NCBI GenBank assembly: GCA_027339965.1
Contig: DAHWNL010000039.1
Location: forward strand, 1-64,000
DNA from: Granulicella sp.
Lineage (GTDB): Bacteria > Acidobacteriota > Terriglobia > Terriglobales > Acidobacteriaceae
DNA: 64,000 nt
Direction of reading: 5' to 3'
A program made the position numbers and the translations under genes. The notes beneath the pieces were generated by a model. It ran no database searches. It was given only the letters and a program-made list of their open reading frames with translations, and was not told the DNA's origin. Every line of letters starts with the position of its first letter. The stretch's first letter is position 1. Positions 16,434 to 27,600 of this stretch are shown here, piece after piece.

Positions 16434-18515
16434 TTACTTGGCCGGGGCCTCGCCTAAGTGCGCCAGACGAACCCGCGCACTCTCCAGTTCGTGCCGCACC
16501 TTGGCCACATCCGCCGGATCGATGTCCGGCGCCAAGGAGGTTGAGAACTCCTGCAGTGACTTCTGCCAGTCATCGATGGCCTCCTGCAGCTTGCCGTTCT
16601 TGGCCTCGACTGCTCCCAGATGCGCCAGAACCGTGGGATCGTTGGGCATCAGTTTTACCGCCTTGAGCTCATAATTCTGCGCCAAGGCGTACATGCCTTG
16701 CTTGTAGTACGCCCAGGCGAGCGAATCCAGGAAGGCGTAGTTTTGCGGATCAGAGGCCACGGCCTTCTTGAGCATCTCCACCGCCTGATCCAGCTTGATG
16801 CCGCGGTCGGCGTACATATAGCCCAGATCGTTCTCAATGGACGCATTGTCCGGCGAGATCTCCAGCCCCTTTTGGAAATCCGCTTCCGCCTGATCGTAGG
16901 ACTTCTCGCGCAGCTCCGCATCGCCGCGGAAGTAGTACAGAATCACCTTGTCATCCGGCTTTGAAGCGAGCAAGGCCGCCTTATCAAATGCGTGCGATGC
17001 ATCCTTCCAGCGCTTGGAACGCACATACATCTCCGCCAGATCGTAGTACACGTCGCGATCATCCGGCGTTCCGGTCAATTGCGCACGCGCCAGCTTGACA
17101 GCCTCCGCCAATTTACCGGCATCGGCCAGTTGCAGAGCGTAGGTAAGCTGCACGTCATGATTGGAGGGCATGGCCTTGGCCGCATCGGCGGACACCCGTA
17201 AGGCTTTGGTCCACTGGTGCGCATCGCGGTACACATCCACTTCGGAGTCTGTGGCCTGGGCGGCATAGCTACCTCCCAACGCAGCCATCTGCTGATAGGC
17301 GGCGATCGCTTCATCGTCATCGCCGGCCTGGCCCGCGACTCTGCCAAGCATCTGCAACAGCGCGGCGTGATTCTGTTCGGCGTCGCCGCTGTACTTGCCG
17401 TCAGGAGCGGCGGTCACGCTCAACAAGAGCTTGATCGCTTTCATGGACTCTGAAAAGCGGCCCAGCCCATCGTAGGCAAGCGCCTCATTGTAGATCAGCT
17501 CAGGATCATTCGCATTGGGAATCTGCGCCTGCACCTTCTGGAAGGTGTCCAGAGCCTGTTGAAACTCGCCCTTCTGGCGTTGCAACTCGCCCTCCCGCAT
17601 TAACGCCTGGGGGTCGTCCGGATTGGATGCGAGAATCTCCGCGTTTACCTTCGCGGCCTCGGCAGTCTTCCCGGCGCGGGCCAGCGCCGCGGCCAGGCCA
17701 CGCTCCGCATTGGTGTTTCCCGGGTCTTGGTCCAATGCATCCTGGTATGCCTTGGCGGCATCCTTGGGACGCTTCAACTGGTCGTAGAGACCGGCCAGCG
17801 CAAAGTCCATGCGAGCGGTCCGGTCACTAAGAGGCACCTTGGCGATCACACCCGCGGCTTGGCTAAGGTCGCCCTCTTCCGAGTACTGCCGAGCGATGTC
17901 CAGCACCACGTCCTCATTCGTAGGATCGATCTTTTCAGCGATCTTGTACTGCTCTTCCGCCTTCAATGGTTGCCGATTCAAGCTATATAACTGTCCCAAA
18001 AGCAACTGGTTCTCAAGATCCCCTGGCTTTAGGGAGACGATGGTCTGGTACTCCTTGATAGCGGCCTGCAACATCTGTTCGGTTTCCGGACCCTGTCCGT
18101 CGCCAATGGAGCGCAGATAGACGTGCCCAAGCAAAAGATGGGCATCGATATCGTCGGGGTGCTTGTTGATCTGGGCCTCAGCCGCGGCCACCGCCTCACG
18201 GATTCTGCCCAGCCGGAAGTAGAGGTTGGCAACCCCATCCTGCAAGATACGGGAGTTGGGATCGGCATCCAGGGCAAGCTTGTACTGCTCGATCGCCTGG
18301 GAAGCTAGATCTTGTCTTCCCGAGGCCACCGCCTCATTCTCATAGAGCTTGGCCATTCCGTAATGAAAATAGGACTCGGCGTGATCAACTGGCTGCGCGC
18401 CTGCAAAGGCTGAGGACGCCGAAACGCTAGAGGCCTGCGCAAAGAGATAACTGGGCGAGCCAAAGACCGCAAGGGCTATGGACACGAGAGTAGCGCGGAG
18501 AAAAAATCGGCTCAT
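16434..18515 (-). CDS. Exported tetratricopeptide-repeat protein
   Basis: Signal peptide, many TPR units, NDLGYMYAD...AFLDSLAWAYYK C-terminal pattern. Confidence 0.9.
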   Translation of the reverse strand: MSRFFLRATLVSIALAVFGSPSYLFAQASSVSASSAFAGAQPVDHAESYFHYGMAKLYENEAVASGRQDLASQAIEQYKLALDADPNSRILQDGVANLYFRLGRIREAVAAAEAQINKHPDDIDAHLLLGHVYLRSIGDGQGPETEQMLQAAIKEYQTIVSLKPGDLENQLLLGQLYSLNRQPLKAEEQYKIAEKIDPTNEDVVLDIARQYSEEGDLSQAAGVIAKVPLSDRTARMDFALAGLYDQLKRPKDAAKAYQDALDQDPGNTNAERGLAAALARAGKTAEAAKVNAEILASNPDDPQALMREGELQRQKGEFQQALDTFQKVQAQIPNANDPELIYNEALAYDGLGRFSESMKAIKLLLSVTAAPDGKYSGDAEQNHAALLQMLGRVAGQAGDDDEAIAAYQQMAALGGSYAAQATDSEVDVYRDAHQWTKALRVSADAAKAMPSNHDVQLTYALQLADAGKLAEAVKLARAQLTGTPDDRDVYYDLAEMYVRSKRWKDASHAFDKAALLASKPDDKVILYYFRGDAELREKSYDQAEADFQKGLEISPDNASIENDLGYMYADRGIKLDQAVEMLKKAVASDPQNYAFLDSLAWAYYKQGMYALAQNYELKAVKLMPNDPTVLAHLGAVEAKNGKLQEAIDDWQKSLQEFSTSLAPDIDPADVAKVRHELESARVRLAHLGEAPAK

Positions 18516-18673
18516 GAAAGATCCTGGACTGCGGAATCCCGGGGAGTGGACCCCGGCAAGGGCGGGAATCATCGGGCATCGCACTGTCTACCCCTTAGAC
18601 GCTACATTACAAGGTTTTGATGCGACTATACCAGTCCCTGCCGCCTTTGGCCCGTTTCGCCTCTTTCGGGCGA

Positions 18674-20296
18674 TCACCCATGGAGAAAGTGACGGATTCC
18701 GGTCAAGGCCATCGCCAGGCCCAGGCGATCGGCCGCTTCAATCACCTCGGCATCCCGCATGGAGCCGCCAGGCTGGATGATCGCCCTGGCGCCTGCTTGA
18801 GCAATGGTTTCAACGCCATCCGGAAAGGGAAAGAAGGCATCGGAAGCGGCCACCGTTCCAGCCAGCGGAAGCACGGCTTTCATCGCGCCAAATCGCGCCG
18901 CATCCACGCGGCTCATCTGCCCTGCCCCAATGCCGACGGTCTGCCCAAAGCCCCCCTCCAGTCGCGCATAGACAATGGCGTTGGACTTTACGTGCTTGCA
19001 CACCTTCCAGGCGAAGAGCATGCCTTCGATCTCTTCGGTACTCGGCTTGCGCTGGGTGGGGAAGGTCAGGCTCCCGGCGGTTACCGCCGCCCGGTCTTCG
19101 TCCTGCAGCAAGTAGCCGCCGGAGATCTGCTTGATCACCCTTGCCGGAACCGCGGGGACGATCTTGAGCAGGCGCAGATTCTTCTTGGCCGCGAACCGCT
19201 CCAGGGCCTCGGCGGTGTAGTCGGGAGCCACGATCGCCTCCACAAACAGTTTGGCCATCTCCGCCGCGGCCGTGCCATCCACCACTCGATTCACGCCGAT
19301 GACCCCACCAAAGGCTGACACCGGATCAGCGGCCAGGGCGCGAAGGTAAGCCTGCTCCACGCTGGTCCCCATGGCAACGCCGCAGGGGTTGGTGTGCTTG
19401 ACGATGATCACCGCCGGGTGCTCAAACTCGCTGGCCATCGACCAGCAGGCATCCAGGTCCACCAAGTTGTTGTAACTCAGCTCTTTGCCTTGTAACTGTT
19501 TGGCGTTGGCGATTCCCCTGCCGGAGCCATCGCTGTAGACACCGGCGCTCTGGTGCGGATTCTCGCCGTAACGCAGCGGGTTCTTCAACCGGGCCGATAC
19601 TCGCAGCACAGGGGGCAGTTCGGCGAGCGGCTCGGCCGGAGCGGCGGAGGGGGGCGGCTGCGAAGGGTCGGCCGGTAGGGCCTCCAGGGCGGTAGCGATA
19701 GCCGCGTCATACGCCGCCGTAACGGCAAATGCGGCGCGCGCCAGCCGCCATCGCGTGCCCAGACTGAGGCTGCCCGAGTTGGCTCGCAACTCCTCGCGCA
19801 GCAGGGCGTAGTCAGCCGCGTTGCAGACGACAGCCACGTCACGGAAGTTCTTGGCCGCCGAGCGTAGCATCGACGGCCCTCCGATATCAATGTTTTCAAT
19901 CATCTCCGGCGTGGTCACGCCCGGCCGCGCCGCCGTCTTCTCAAATGCGTAAAGGTTCACCACGACCATATCGATGGGCGCAATGCCATGTTCGGCCACG
20001 GCGGCAACGTGCTCGGGAAGATCCCGGCGGTGAAGAATGCCTCCATGCACGTTGGGATGCAGCGTCTTGACCCGTCCGTCCAGCATCTCCGGAAAGCCGG
20101 TCAGCTCGGCGACATCCTTTACCTGCAACCCTGCGTCCCGCAGCGCCTTGGATGTTCCGCCTGTGGATACCAGCTCTACGCCCAGCTCCGCCAGCACTCG
20201 AGCGAACTCCACAACTCCAGTTTTATCGGTAACAGAGAATAGCGCGCGCTTTACAGCCTTCAAACCAACCGTCTGTTCTATCTGCAAATGATTCAT
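18674..20296 (-). CDS. purH: Bifunctional AICAR transformylase/IMP cyclohydrolase
   Basis: [40 protein letters not shown]. Confidence 0.97.
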   Translation of the reverse strand: MNHLQIEQTVGLKAVKRALFSVTDKTGVVEFARVLAELGVELVSTGGTSKALRDAGLQVKDVAELTGFPEMLDGRVKTLHPNVHGGILHRRDLPEHVAAVAEHGIAPIDMVVVNLYAFEKTAARPGVTTPEMIENIDIGGPSMLRSAAKNFRDVAVVCNAADYALLREELRANSGSLSLGTRWRLARAAFAVTAAYDAAIATALEALPADPSQPPPSAAPAEPLAELPPVLRVSARLKNPLRYGENPHQSAGVYSDGSGRGIANAKQLQGKELSYNNLVDLDACWSMASEFEHPAVIIVKHTNPCGVAMGTSVEQAYLRALAADPVSAFGGVIGVNRVVDGTAAAEMAKLFVEAIVAPDYTAEALERFAAKKNLRLLKIVPAVPARVIKQISGGYLLQDEDRAAVTAGSLTFPTQRKPSTEEIEGMLFAWKVCKHVKSNAIVYARLEGGFGQTVGIGAGQMSRVDAARFGAMKAVLPLAGTVAASDAFFPFPDGVETIAQAGARAIIQPGGSMRDAEVIEAADRLGLAMALTGIRHFLHG

Positions 20297-20443
20297 CCTG
20301 ATTGTTTCGTTTCGATGCTTCTTCTCCTCAAATTCTAAGCGCATCGCCTGTGGACTCCTCGCCGCACAGAGCTGGGGAGAAACTCTGCCGACAGCGGCGA
20401 CGCACTGCCAACAACCCCCTATCACACGCTAAAATAGAACGGT

Positions 20444-21775
20444 ATGTATGATTTAGCATTTGTGCGGGAGAATCTTCCGCAGCTTGAAGAAAGGCTGAGC
20501 CTGCGCGGCGTTGACCCTTCTCTGCTGCGCGGATTCTCCGCTTTGGATGCGGAGCGCCGGACGGCCATCACGGAGGCGGAGACGCTCAAGGCCCAGCGCA
20601 ACTCCCTTTCCGCGGAGTTTGGCCGGCTGAAGCGCGTGGGCGCGGAGACATCTGCTGTCGCGACAAAGACATTAGCCCTCAAGGAGAAGACCGAACATCT
20701 GGAGGCGGTTGCGGCTGAGGCCGATCAAAAGCTGCGGTCGCTGCTGGCGACCCTTCCCAACCTTCCCCACGAGTCGGTCCCAGTGGGAACATCCGAGCAT
20801 GAGAACGTCTGTGAAAAGACATGGGGCGAGATCCCGAGCTTCGACTTCCCTGCCAAACCCCACTGGGAGATCGGCGAGCAGCTTGGGATCCTGGACTTTG
20901 AGCGCGCGGCCAAGATCTCCGGTGCGCGGTTTGTGCTGCAACTTGGCTCGGGTGCCCGGCTGGAACGCGCCCTGACCAACTTCATGCTCGACCTGCATAC
21001 CAAAGAGCATGGCTACGTGGAGGTTCTTCCGCCAAGCCTGGTGAACTCCCGCTCGCTGTTCGGAACCGGCCAACTGCCAAAGTTTGCGGAAGATCTCTTC
21101 CATTGCGATGACAAAGGTTCTTACGTGGCCGGTGAGCTTCAGGAGAGCGACCATTGGCTGATTCCCACGGCCGAGGTTCCGGTGACCAACATCTTCCGCG
21201 ACGAGATCATCGACCTGTCCAACGGTTCCATCAGTTTTACGGCGTGGACGCCGTGCTTTCGCTCGGAAGCTGGCTCGCACGGCAAGGACACGCGCGGCAT
21301 GATCCGTCAGCACCAGTTCCAGAAGGTGGAGCTGGTGAAGTTCACTCGTCCGGAAGACTCCTACGCCGAGCATGAAGCCCTTACGCGGCACGCCGAAGCG
21401 GTGCTGGAGCGCCTTGGCCTGCCCTACCGGAGGACACTGCTCTGCACCGGAGATATGGGATTCAGCTCCGCCAAAACCTATGATCTGGAGGTATGGCTCC
21501 CCGGCCAGCAGACCTACCGCGAGATCTCTTCCTGCTCCAACTTCGAGGGCTTCCAGGCCCGGCGAGCCAACATTCGTTATCGCCCGGCCGGGGCCAAAAA
21601 GGCTGAGTTCGTGCATACTCTCAATGGCAGCGGCCTGGCCATTGGCCGCACCTATCTGGCCATCCTGGAGAACTACCAGCAGGCCGACGGCTCGGTCCGG
21701 GTTCCGGAGGCCCTGCGGCCGTACATGAACGGCGAGACGGTAATTGCCCGCCAATCCCTGGGGCGCGCTATATGA
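20444..21775 (+). CDS. serS: Serine--tRNA ligase
   Basis: [49 protein letters not shown]. Confidence 0.98.
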   Translation: MYDLAFVRENLPQLEERLSLRGVDPSLLRGFSALDAERRTAITEAETLKAQRNSLSAEFGRLKRVGAETSAVATKTLALKEKTEHLEAVAAEADQKLRSLLATLPNLPHESVPVGTSEHENVCEKTWGEIPSFDFPAKPHWEIGEQLGILDFERAAKISGARFVLQLGSGARLERALTNFMLDLHTKEHGYVEVLPPSLVNSRSLFGTGQLPKFAEDLFHCDDKGSYVAGELQESDHWLIPTAEVPVTNIFRDEIIDLSNGSISFTAWTPCFRSEAGSHGKDTRGMIRQHQFQKVELVKFTRPEDSYAEHEALTRHAEAVLERLGLPYRRTLLCTGDMGFSSAKTYDLEVWLPGQQTYREISSCSNFEGFQARRANIRYRPAGAKKAEFVHTLNGSGLAIGRTYLAILENYQQADGSVRVPEALRPYMNGETVIARQSLGRAI

Positions 21776-22149
21776 ATACCCTGCGCAGTTACATTTTTTG
21801 GACCTACGAACGCGGCAGCTTCCACTACGATGTAATGGTCACCCTGATTCTGCTCTTCCTCTTTCTCTCCCCGCGCTGGATCGACTTCAAAGACAAGCCG
21901 GTAGAGCAGGCGCCGCTGCAACACAGCGAGGTGCTGGTGAAGGCGGCTCACGGCGAGGACGAGGAGCCCACTTTCATCTATGAGATACGCGTCGACGATC
22001 TGCACGGCGCAAAATCCGATGCTGACCTGCGTCAGGCCATTCTCAATGTGGTAGAGCCGATCGCCGGCGGCGTCACCTTGAAGAAATACTCTCCCGTGGT
22101 AGACGCCAAAGGCCACGTTGTCGCCTATGATGCCACCATTGTCCGTTAG
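21772..22149 (+). CDS. Conserved hypothetical single-pass membrane protein
   Basis: ATGA-coupled to ser[22 protein letters not shown]. Confidence 0.8.
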   Translation: MNTLRSYIFWTYERGSFHYDVMVTLILLFLFLSPRWIDFKDKPVEQAPLQHSEVLVKAAHGEDEEPTFIYEIRVDDLHGAKSDADLRQAILNVVEPIAGGVTLKKYSPVVDAKGHVVAYDATIVR

Positions 22150-22363
22150 ATCCGAAAACAGATCCGAAAGATGCGGCCGGACCCGTGGAATCCTGCCGGC
22201 CGCCCGGAACTTACCCCCACCCTCGTTCCTGCGCATCCAACCAATCTCCGCGGATCCACAAACCGAGGCCATGCAACGCCCGCAAGCCAGAATCCATGCA
22301 CTTTTGTGGGCCGGCGTCGTCAGCCGGCCAAACTCAAGCAGTCGATGCAGGAGATCAAAGCTC

Positions 22364-23071
22364 ATGTTCCACCGCCCGATTCTCTCCACAGCCCTGGCCC
22401 TCAGCTTCCTTCCCAGCGCGCTATCCGCTCAGTCCAGTTCGTCTCATCTGAACGCGATCCTGCAGCAGATGAACCAGGCCAGCAAGCAGTTCCGCAGCGC
22501 TCGGGCCCAGATGAACTGCCAGTACTACGAGCGCGTGGTCCGCGACACCACGACCCAGACCGGCTCAATCTACTTCCTGCGCAAAGGAGCGGCCATCCAG
22601 ATGGGCGTGGTGATCGATGGCCCGGACGGCAAGCCACAAAAGGTGGTCCAATACAAAGACGGCCTGCTCGAACTCTTTGATCCGGGTGTCAATCAACTCA
22701 CAGTGCTGCACGCCGGCTCCAACCAGGCGCAGGAGGAGCGGTACATCACACTGGGTTTTGGCGGCAGCGGCGCGGACCTGGAAAAGTCCTGGAAGATCCA
22801 GGACCTGGGGCCAGAAAAGCTCAGTGAGGGGAGCAAACAGGTGCAGACGGAAAAACTGGACCTGGTCAGCAAAGATCCGGATGAGAAGAACTTCACCCAC
22901 ATCACCATCTGGGTGGATCCCTCCCGTGCGCTCTCCCTGCGGCAGATCTTCTACCTTAGCAACGATGACCGCAGGACCTGTAACTACTCAGAGATCCAGT
23001 CCAACGGTCACATCGACATGAAACCCTTCGCGATCCGGAAGAACTCCCACACCAGCATCGTCAACCACTAG
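22364..23071 (+). CDS. LolA-like periplasmic lipoprotein carrier
   Basis: AGGAGA RBS, signal peptide, beta-rich LolA-like pattern (LGFGGSGADL, ITIWVD). Confidence 0.75.
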   Translation: MFHRPILSTALALSFLPSALSAQSSSSHLNAILQQMNQASKQFRSARAQMNCQYYERVVRDTTTQTGSIYFLRKGAAIQMGVVIDGPDGKPQKVVQYKDGLLELFDPGVNQLTVLHAGSNQAQEERYITLGFGGSGADLEKSWKIQDLGPEKLSEGSKQVQTEKLDLVSKDPDEKNFTHITIWVDPSRALSLRQIFYLSNDDRRTCNYSEIQSNGHIDMKPFAIRKNSHTSIVNH

Positions 23072-24509
23072 TTTGCGGCAGCAGCGCCATAGCCCCCAGA
23101 ACGATCACCACCGGAAAGCACTCCAGCGTGTAGCGTGGCTCGGAGTTATCCAACGTCAGCAGCAGGACAATGCGGAGCGCCACAAACGCCAGCATCACGA
23201 AGGCCATCAGCTCCCCACCAAGGTATCGTCTTTGTGCCCAGCGCAGCAGGCCAAACAGCGCCAGCGCCAAATAAAGAGCGTTGACGAGCGCATAGGCTGC
23301 CTCCTCAGCAGACTGCCTCGGATGAAGAGAAAACTTCCACCAGTCCACCGGCATGGCCAGAAACTCCAGCCTGGGACGAAGCCACATATCCAGTTCCCGA
23401 GCCATCGGTAACCCAACGTAGTAGCGCACAGGGTGGGTGGCGATTCGCTGGTTCGCAATCCGCGCGAACTCCGCATCCAGCTCCGGAGTTGCGGTCAATA
23501 TCCGGTTGTAGCCATCAAAAACCTCCTGGGTCTCCCGCCTCTGCTGCGGGTTGTCGATAGCCCGGGCGGGAAGATCGCGCATGTGGATTGGATCATCGTC
23601 ATACCTCCAGTAGATATCGAGGTTGGATTTGTACTCAATCGCCCAGCTTCGGTACCAGCGGTAGAATCCAACCGGCGGCTGCTCATCAGGGTCCTGTGCA
23701 TAACGCGGCGCCAGCGGCTGGAGTACATGAAAGACGCTCCAGTTGCGCGCTCCCCACGCCAGCAGCGGCAGCAGAAGCAGCAAACCGGCCGCCGTGGCCG
23801 GCCAAAACCGCCCCACCAAGCCCACCCCCTGCCGGGCTCCGGTTCGCGAGCACACCCACAGCATGGCGGGCAAGACCACCGCCGCCAGAAGGCCCTGGTC
23901 CGGTCGGAGCAGCACGGCCCAGGCGAGGGACCATCCGATCACCGCCGTCCAGACCCCGGCTTCGCCTCTGAAACTCCACTTTTCCTGGCTGAGGCATGCT
24001 TCCCATCTCTCCAGGGCAAACAAGGCCGTGACCACGCAAAAGACGCTGAGAGACTCCGGCAGGAGGACAACCGTGAGGTTGACGGTAAACGGACACAGAG
24101 CCGCCAGCCAGACCGCGGCCAGCCCTACCCGGGCCGGGCTCGCCCCCGAAGTCTCTGCGGTCCCCACCACCCTTTGCGCCAGGCCGGCGGAGAGCTGCCC
24201 CAGCAGAACGCATCCCAGCAGATCCAGCGTCATCTGGGCCCAGAGGATGACGGCGGGGTGAAACCGACCAGACAGCGCATCGCAGGCCGCTAGAAACAGC
24301 GGGTATCCGGGAAGACGAATCAGCGTGGGCTGCAGGGGCGTTCCAGCGTATCCATAGAGGTGGTGCGCGAGAAGATTACGGGCTAGCGCAGTATAGATCC
24401 GGGAGTCGCCGGAGGCCGCGGGGCGCAGTCGAAAGAAGAACAGCAGACGCAGCCATGCGCCGGCCGCAAGCGCCGCACCCCAGCCAAGTTTCCATCTCGC
24501 CTTACCCAC
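23061..24509 (-). CDS. GT-C fold membrane glycosyltransferase (PMT/ArnT-like)
   Basis: GDSRIY loop, RLPGYPLFLA, multiple TM helices, LLRPD, EPRY. Confidence 0.82.
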   Translation of the reverse strand: MGKARWKLGWGAALAAGAWLRLLFFFRLRPAASGDSRIYTALARNLLAHHLYGYAGTPLQPTLIRLPGYPLFLAACDALSGRFHPAVILWAQMTLDLLGCVLLGQLSAGLAQRVVGTAETSGASPARVGLAAVWLAALCPFTVNLTVVLLPESLSVFCVVTALFALERWEACLSQEKWSFRGEAGVWTAVIGWSLAWAVLLRPDQGLLAAVVLPAMLWVCSRTGARQGVGLVGRFWPATAAGLLLLLPLLAWGARNWSVFHVLQPLAPRYAQDPDEQPPVGFYRWYRSWAIEYKSNLDIYWRYDDDPIHMRDLPARAIDNPQQRRETQEVFDGYNRILTATPELDAEFARIANQRIATHPVRYYVGLPMARELDMWLRPRLEFLAMPVDWWKFSLHPRQSAEEAAYALVNALYLALALFGLLRWAQRRYLGGELMAFVMLAFVALRIVLLLTLDNSEPRYTLECFPVVIVLGAMALLPQTSG

Positions 24510-24613
24510 TTCCCTGCATCCTACTTTGCTTCAGACCGGAACCGAGAAGCAGCGCGCGGCTCTCGTCGATCTGGAATCGGTATTATCTTAAGAAGTACGC
24601 CTTTTCCCCGTCG

Positions 24614-27600
24614 ATGAGAAAACAAGTCTTCTACGACCCGCAGCGCAAACGCTGGAAACGATTGCGGCGCTTGTTTGACGTGCTGGCGCTTCTGGGCGCC
24701 GCCGTCGGGATCGTCTTTGTGGTGGGCCTGGTGAGAATGAAGCCGATGCAAGGCTTGAACTTTCACTCCGTCACCCGACGCTACCGTGCCCTTTCAAACC
24801 CTCCAGCTCCCGAGTTGCGCTCCCGGGAAAAGCTGAATCGTTCGGCCCATCGCAAGACCAACCTGAAGCCCTCCGACGTGGTTCTGAACCAGGGTGAAGG
24901 TCTGCGCGCCGCCTTCTATACCGATCTCGACCCCGGCAGCTATGCCTCCTTCAAAGAGCACGTCAAGCAGATCGACCTGCTCTTTCCCGAGTGGCTCCAC
25001 GTGCTGAGCGCGGACGGATCGCTGACCGCCTACACCTCGGACGAGACTCCTTTCGCCGTGGTCGACTCGGCCGGGGTTCATGGCGTTGATCACCAGAACA
25101 AGATTCTTCGCACCATTCAGGATGCTCGAGAAGACACCGAGATCTTCCCTATGGTGAACAACTACAGCCCGACGGACGGCGTCTTCGAGCCGAGCGTGGA
25201 GCAGTTCCTGCTGAGCCCGGAGGCTCGCGGCAAATTCATTCGCCAGATCGATCTCTTTCTCAACACCAACACGCGCTACCGGGGCCTTGACTTGGACTTC
25301 CAGGCCCTGCCGGACGACGCCCAGATAGCCTACAGCCAGTTGGTGGGGGCGCTGTACGCCGACTTCCAATCTCGGCATCTGCGCCTTTACATCAACGTTC
25401 CGGTAGATCCCGGCAGCCTGGACCTGAAGTATCTGGCTGCCCACTCCGACGGCCTGATTTTGATGAACTACGGGCAACATCAGTGGGGCACCGATCCCGG
25501 ACCCATTGCGGGTCAAGATCAGTTTGAAGACAACCTGCGCGCCCTGATGAAGGTTGTTCCTTTGCAGAAGATCATCTGCTCCATCGGCGGCTACGGTTAC
25601 GACTGGACCAACCCGATACCCCCGCCTCCGCAGTACAAGCACGGCCGCAGAGTTGGCCCGCTGCCTCGGCCGGGAGCGACCGTCTACACCACCACGATGC
25701 TCTCCACCCAGGAGGCCTGGCAGGCGGCATCGGACTCCGGCGCGACGATCAGCCTGGATTCCAACTCGCTGAACCCTCACTTCTCCTACATCGACGAAGA
25801 CGCGGGGGTGAAGCACAATGTCTGGTTTCTGGATGCCGTCACAGCCCTGAACCAGATGCGAGTCGCTGAGGCCCTAGGCATTCAGACCTTTGCCATCCAG
25901 CGCCTGGGCCTGGAGGACGACTCTTTATGGAAGATCTGGGATCACCCCCTCAAGGTAGATCCCGTCAAGGCGCTGGCCGCGGTTGCGCCGGGGCAGGACG
26001 TGGATACCGAAGGGGACGGAGACATTCTGCGCGTCACCAGCCCGCCCCAGAACGGTCACCGCACCCTGACCATGGACGACGATCCCACCATCCCCAAGCC
26101 GTTCCTCAGCGTGGTTTCGGAGACCATGGACTCCTATCCTCTCCCCTACACGCTCACCCAGTACGGTTACCATCCCAAGGAGGTGGCGCTCAGCTTTGAC
26201 GACGGGCCGGATCCCGAGTGGACGCCAAAGATCTTGAAGATCCTCAAGCAGTACCACGTCATCGGAACGTTCTTCATGATCGGCGACGAGGCGCAGGACA
26301 ACATCGGACTGATGAAGCAGGTCTACCGCAATGGAAATGAGGTGGGCAACCACACCTATTCCCATCCAGACATCTCCGAGATCTCCCAGCGCCAGGTGGT
26401 TCTGCAACTCAATCTCACGGAACGTCTGTTCGCGGCAGAGCTGGGCGTTCAGCCGGTCTACTTCCGTCCTCCCTACTCGATTGATCAGGAACCGGACACC
26501 AATGATCAGGCCGCTCCGGTGCAGGCGATCCAGCGCCTGGGGTACGTCATTGTGGGCGACAAGATCGACACCAACGATTGGGACGTTCATCCCCGCAAGA
26601 CGCCGCAGGAGATTGTTAATAGCATCTTCCAGCAAATCTCGGAGTTCAACGCCAAGCCGTGGACGCGGGGCTCGGTCATCCTGATGCACGACGGGGGCGG
26701 TGATCGTTCGGCAACCGTCGCCGCTCTTCCGGTGCTGATCAACGCCCTGCGCGCCCATGGCTACAAGATTGTTCCTGTCTCCGCACTGATCGGCAAGACC
26801 ACGGCCGAAGTGATGCCTCCCATCAAAGGCCGACAGCGCTACTATGCCTTTGTCGACTCGATCGCCTTCGCCCTCATCTCCTTCTTCAATCACTTCGTGA
26901 TCAGCGTCTTCTTCATCGGCGATGTGTTGATGAGCGGACGGCTGATCATCATTGGCCTGTTTGCCATCATCGACCGGTTCCGCAAGCGCAAAGACTTCGC
27001 CACGCCGAACTACAGTCCGCACGTCGCCGTCCTGATCCCGGCCTTCAATGAGGCCAAGGTGATCGTCCGCACCATTCGCTCCGTGCTGATGTCCGACTAC
27101 AAGAACATCCGGATTATCGTCATCGACGACGGCTCCACGGATGGCACCGCGAAGATCACCGCCGAGACCTACGCCAAAGAAATCGAGGCCGGGCGACTAA
27201 CCGTTCTCAGCAAGCCCAATGGCGGCAAGGCCGATGCGCTCAACTTCGGTCTCGCGCAAATTCGCGAGAACGAAGAGGTCTATGTGGGCATCGACGCGGA
27301 CGGCGCCATCGCCCATGATGCCATCAGCCGGCTGATCGCGCACTTTGCCAATCCGCGGATTGGAGCAGTGGCTGGGAACGCCAAGGTGGGCAACCGGGTA
27401 AACCTATGGACACGCTGGCAGGCGCTCGAGTACATCACCAGCCAGAACTTTGAACGCCGCGCGCTGGATCTGTTCGACGTGGTCACGGTAGTTCCTGGAG
27501 CCATTGGCGCCTGGCGCACCGCGTCCGTGAAGGCGGGTGGCGGCTATCACCCGGATACGGTTGCGGAAGATGCAGATCTCACCATGAATCTGCTGGAACA

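Noticed and set aside
20339..20420. ZTP (pfl) riboswitch upstream of purH
   Set aside because: Characteristic conserved sequence elements were not found; kept only as an unassigned structure
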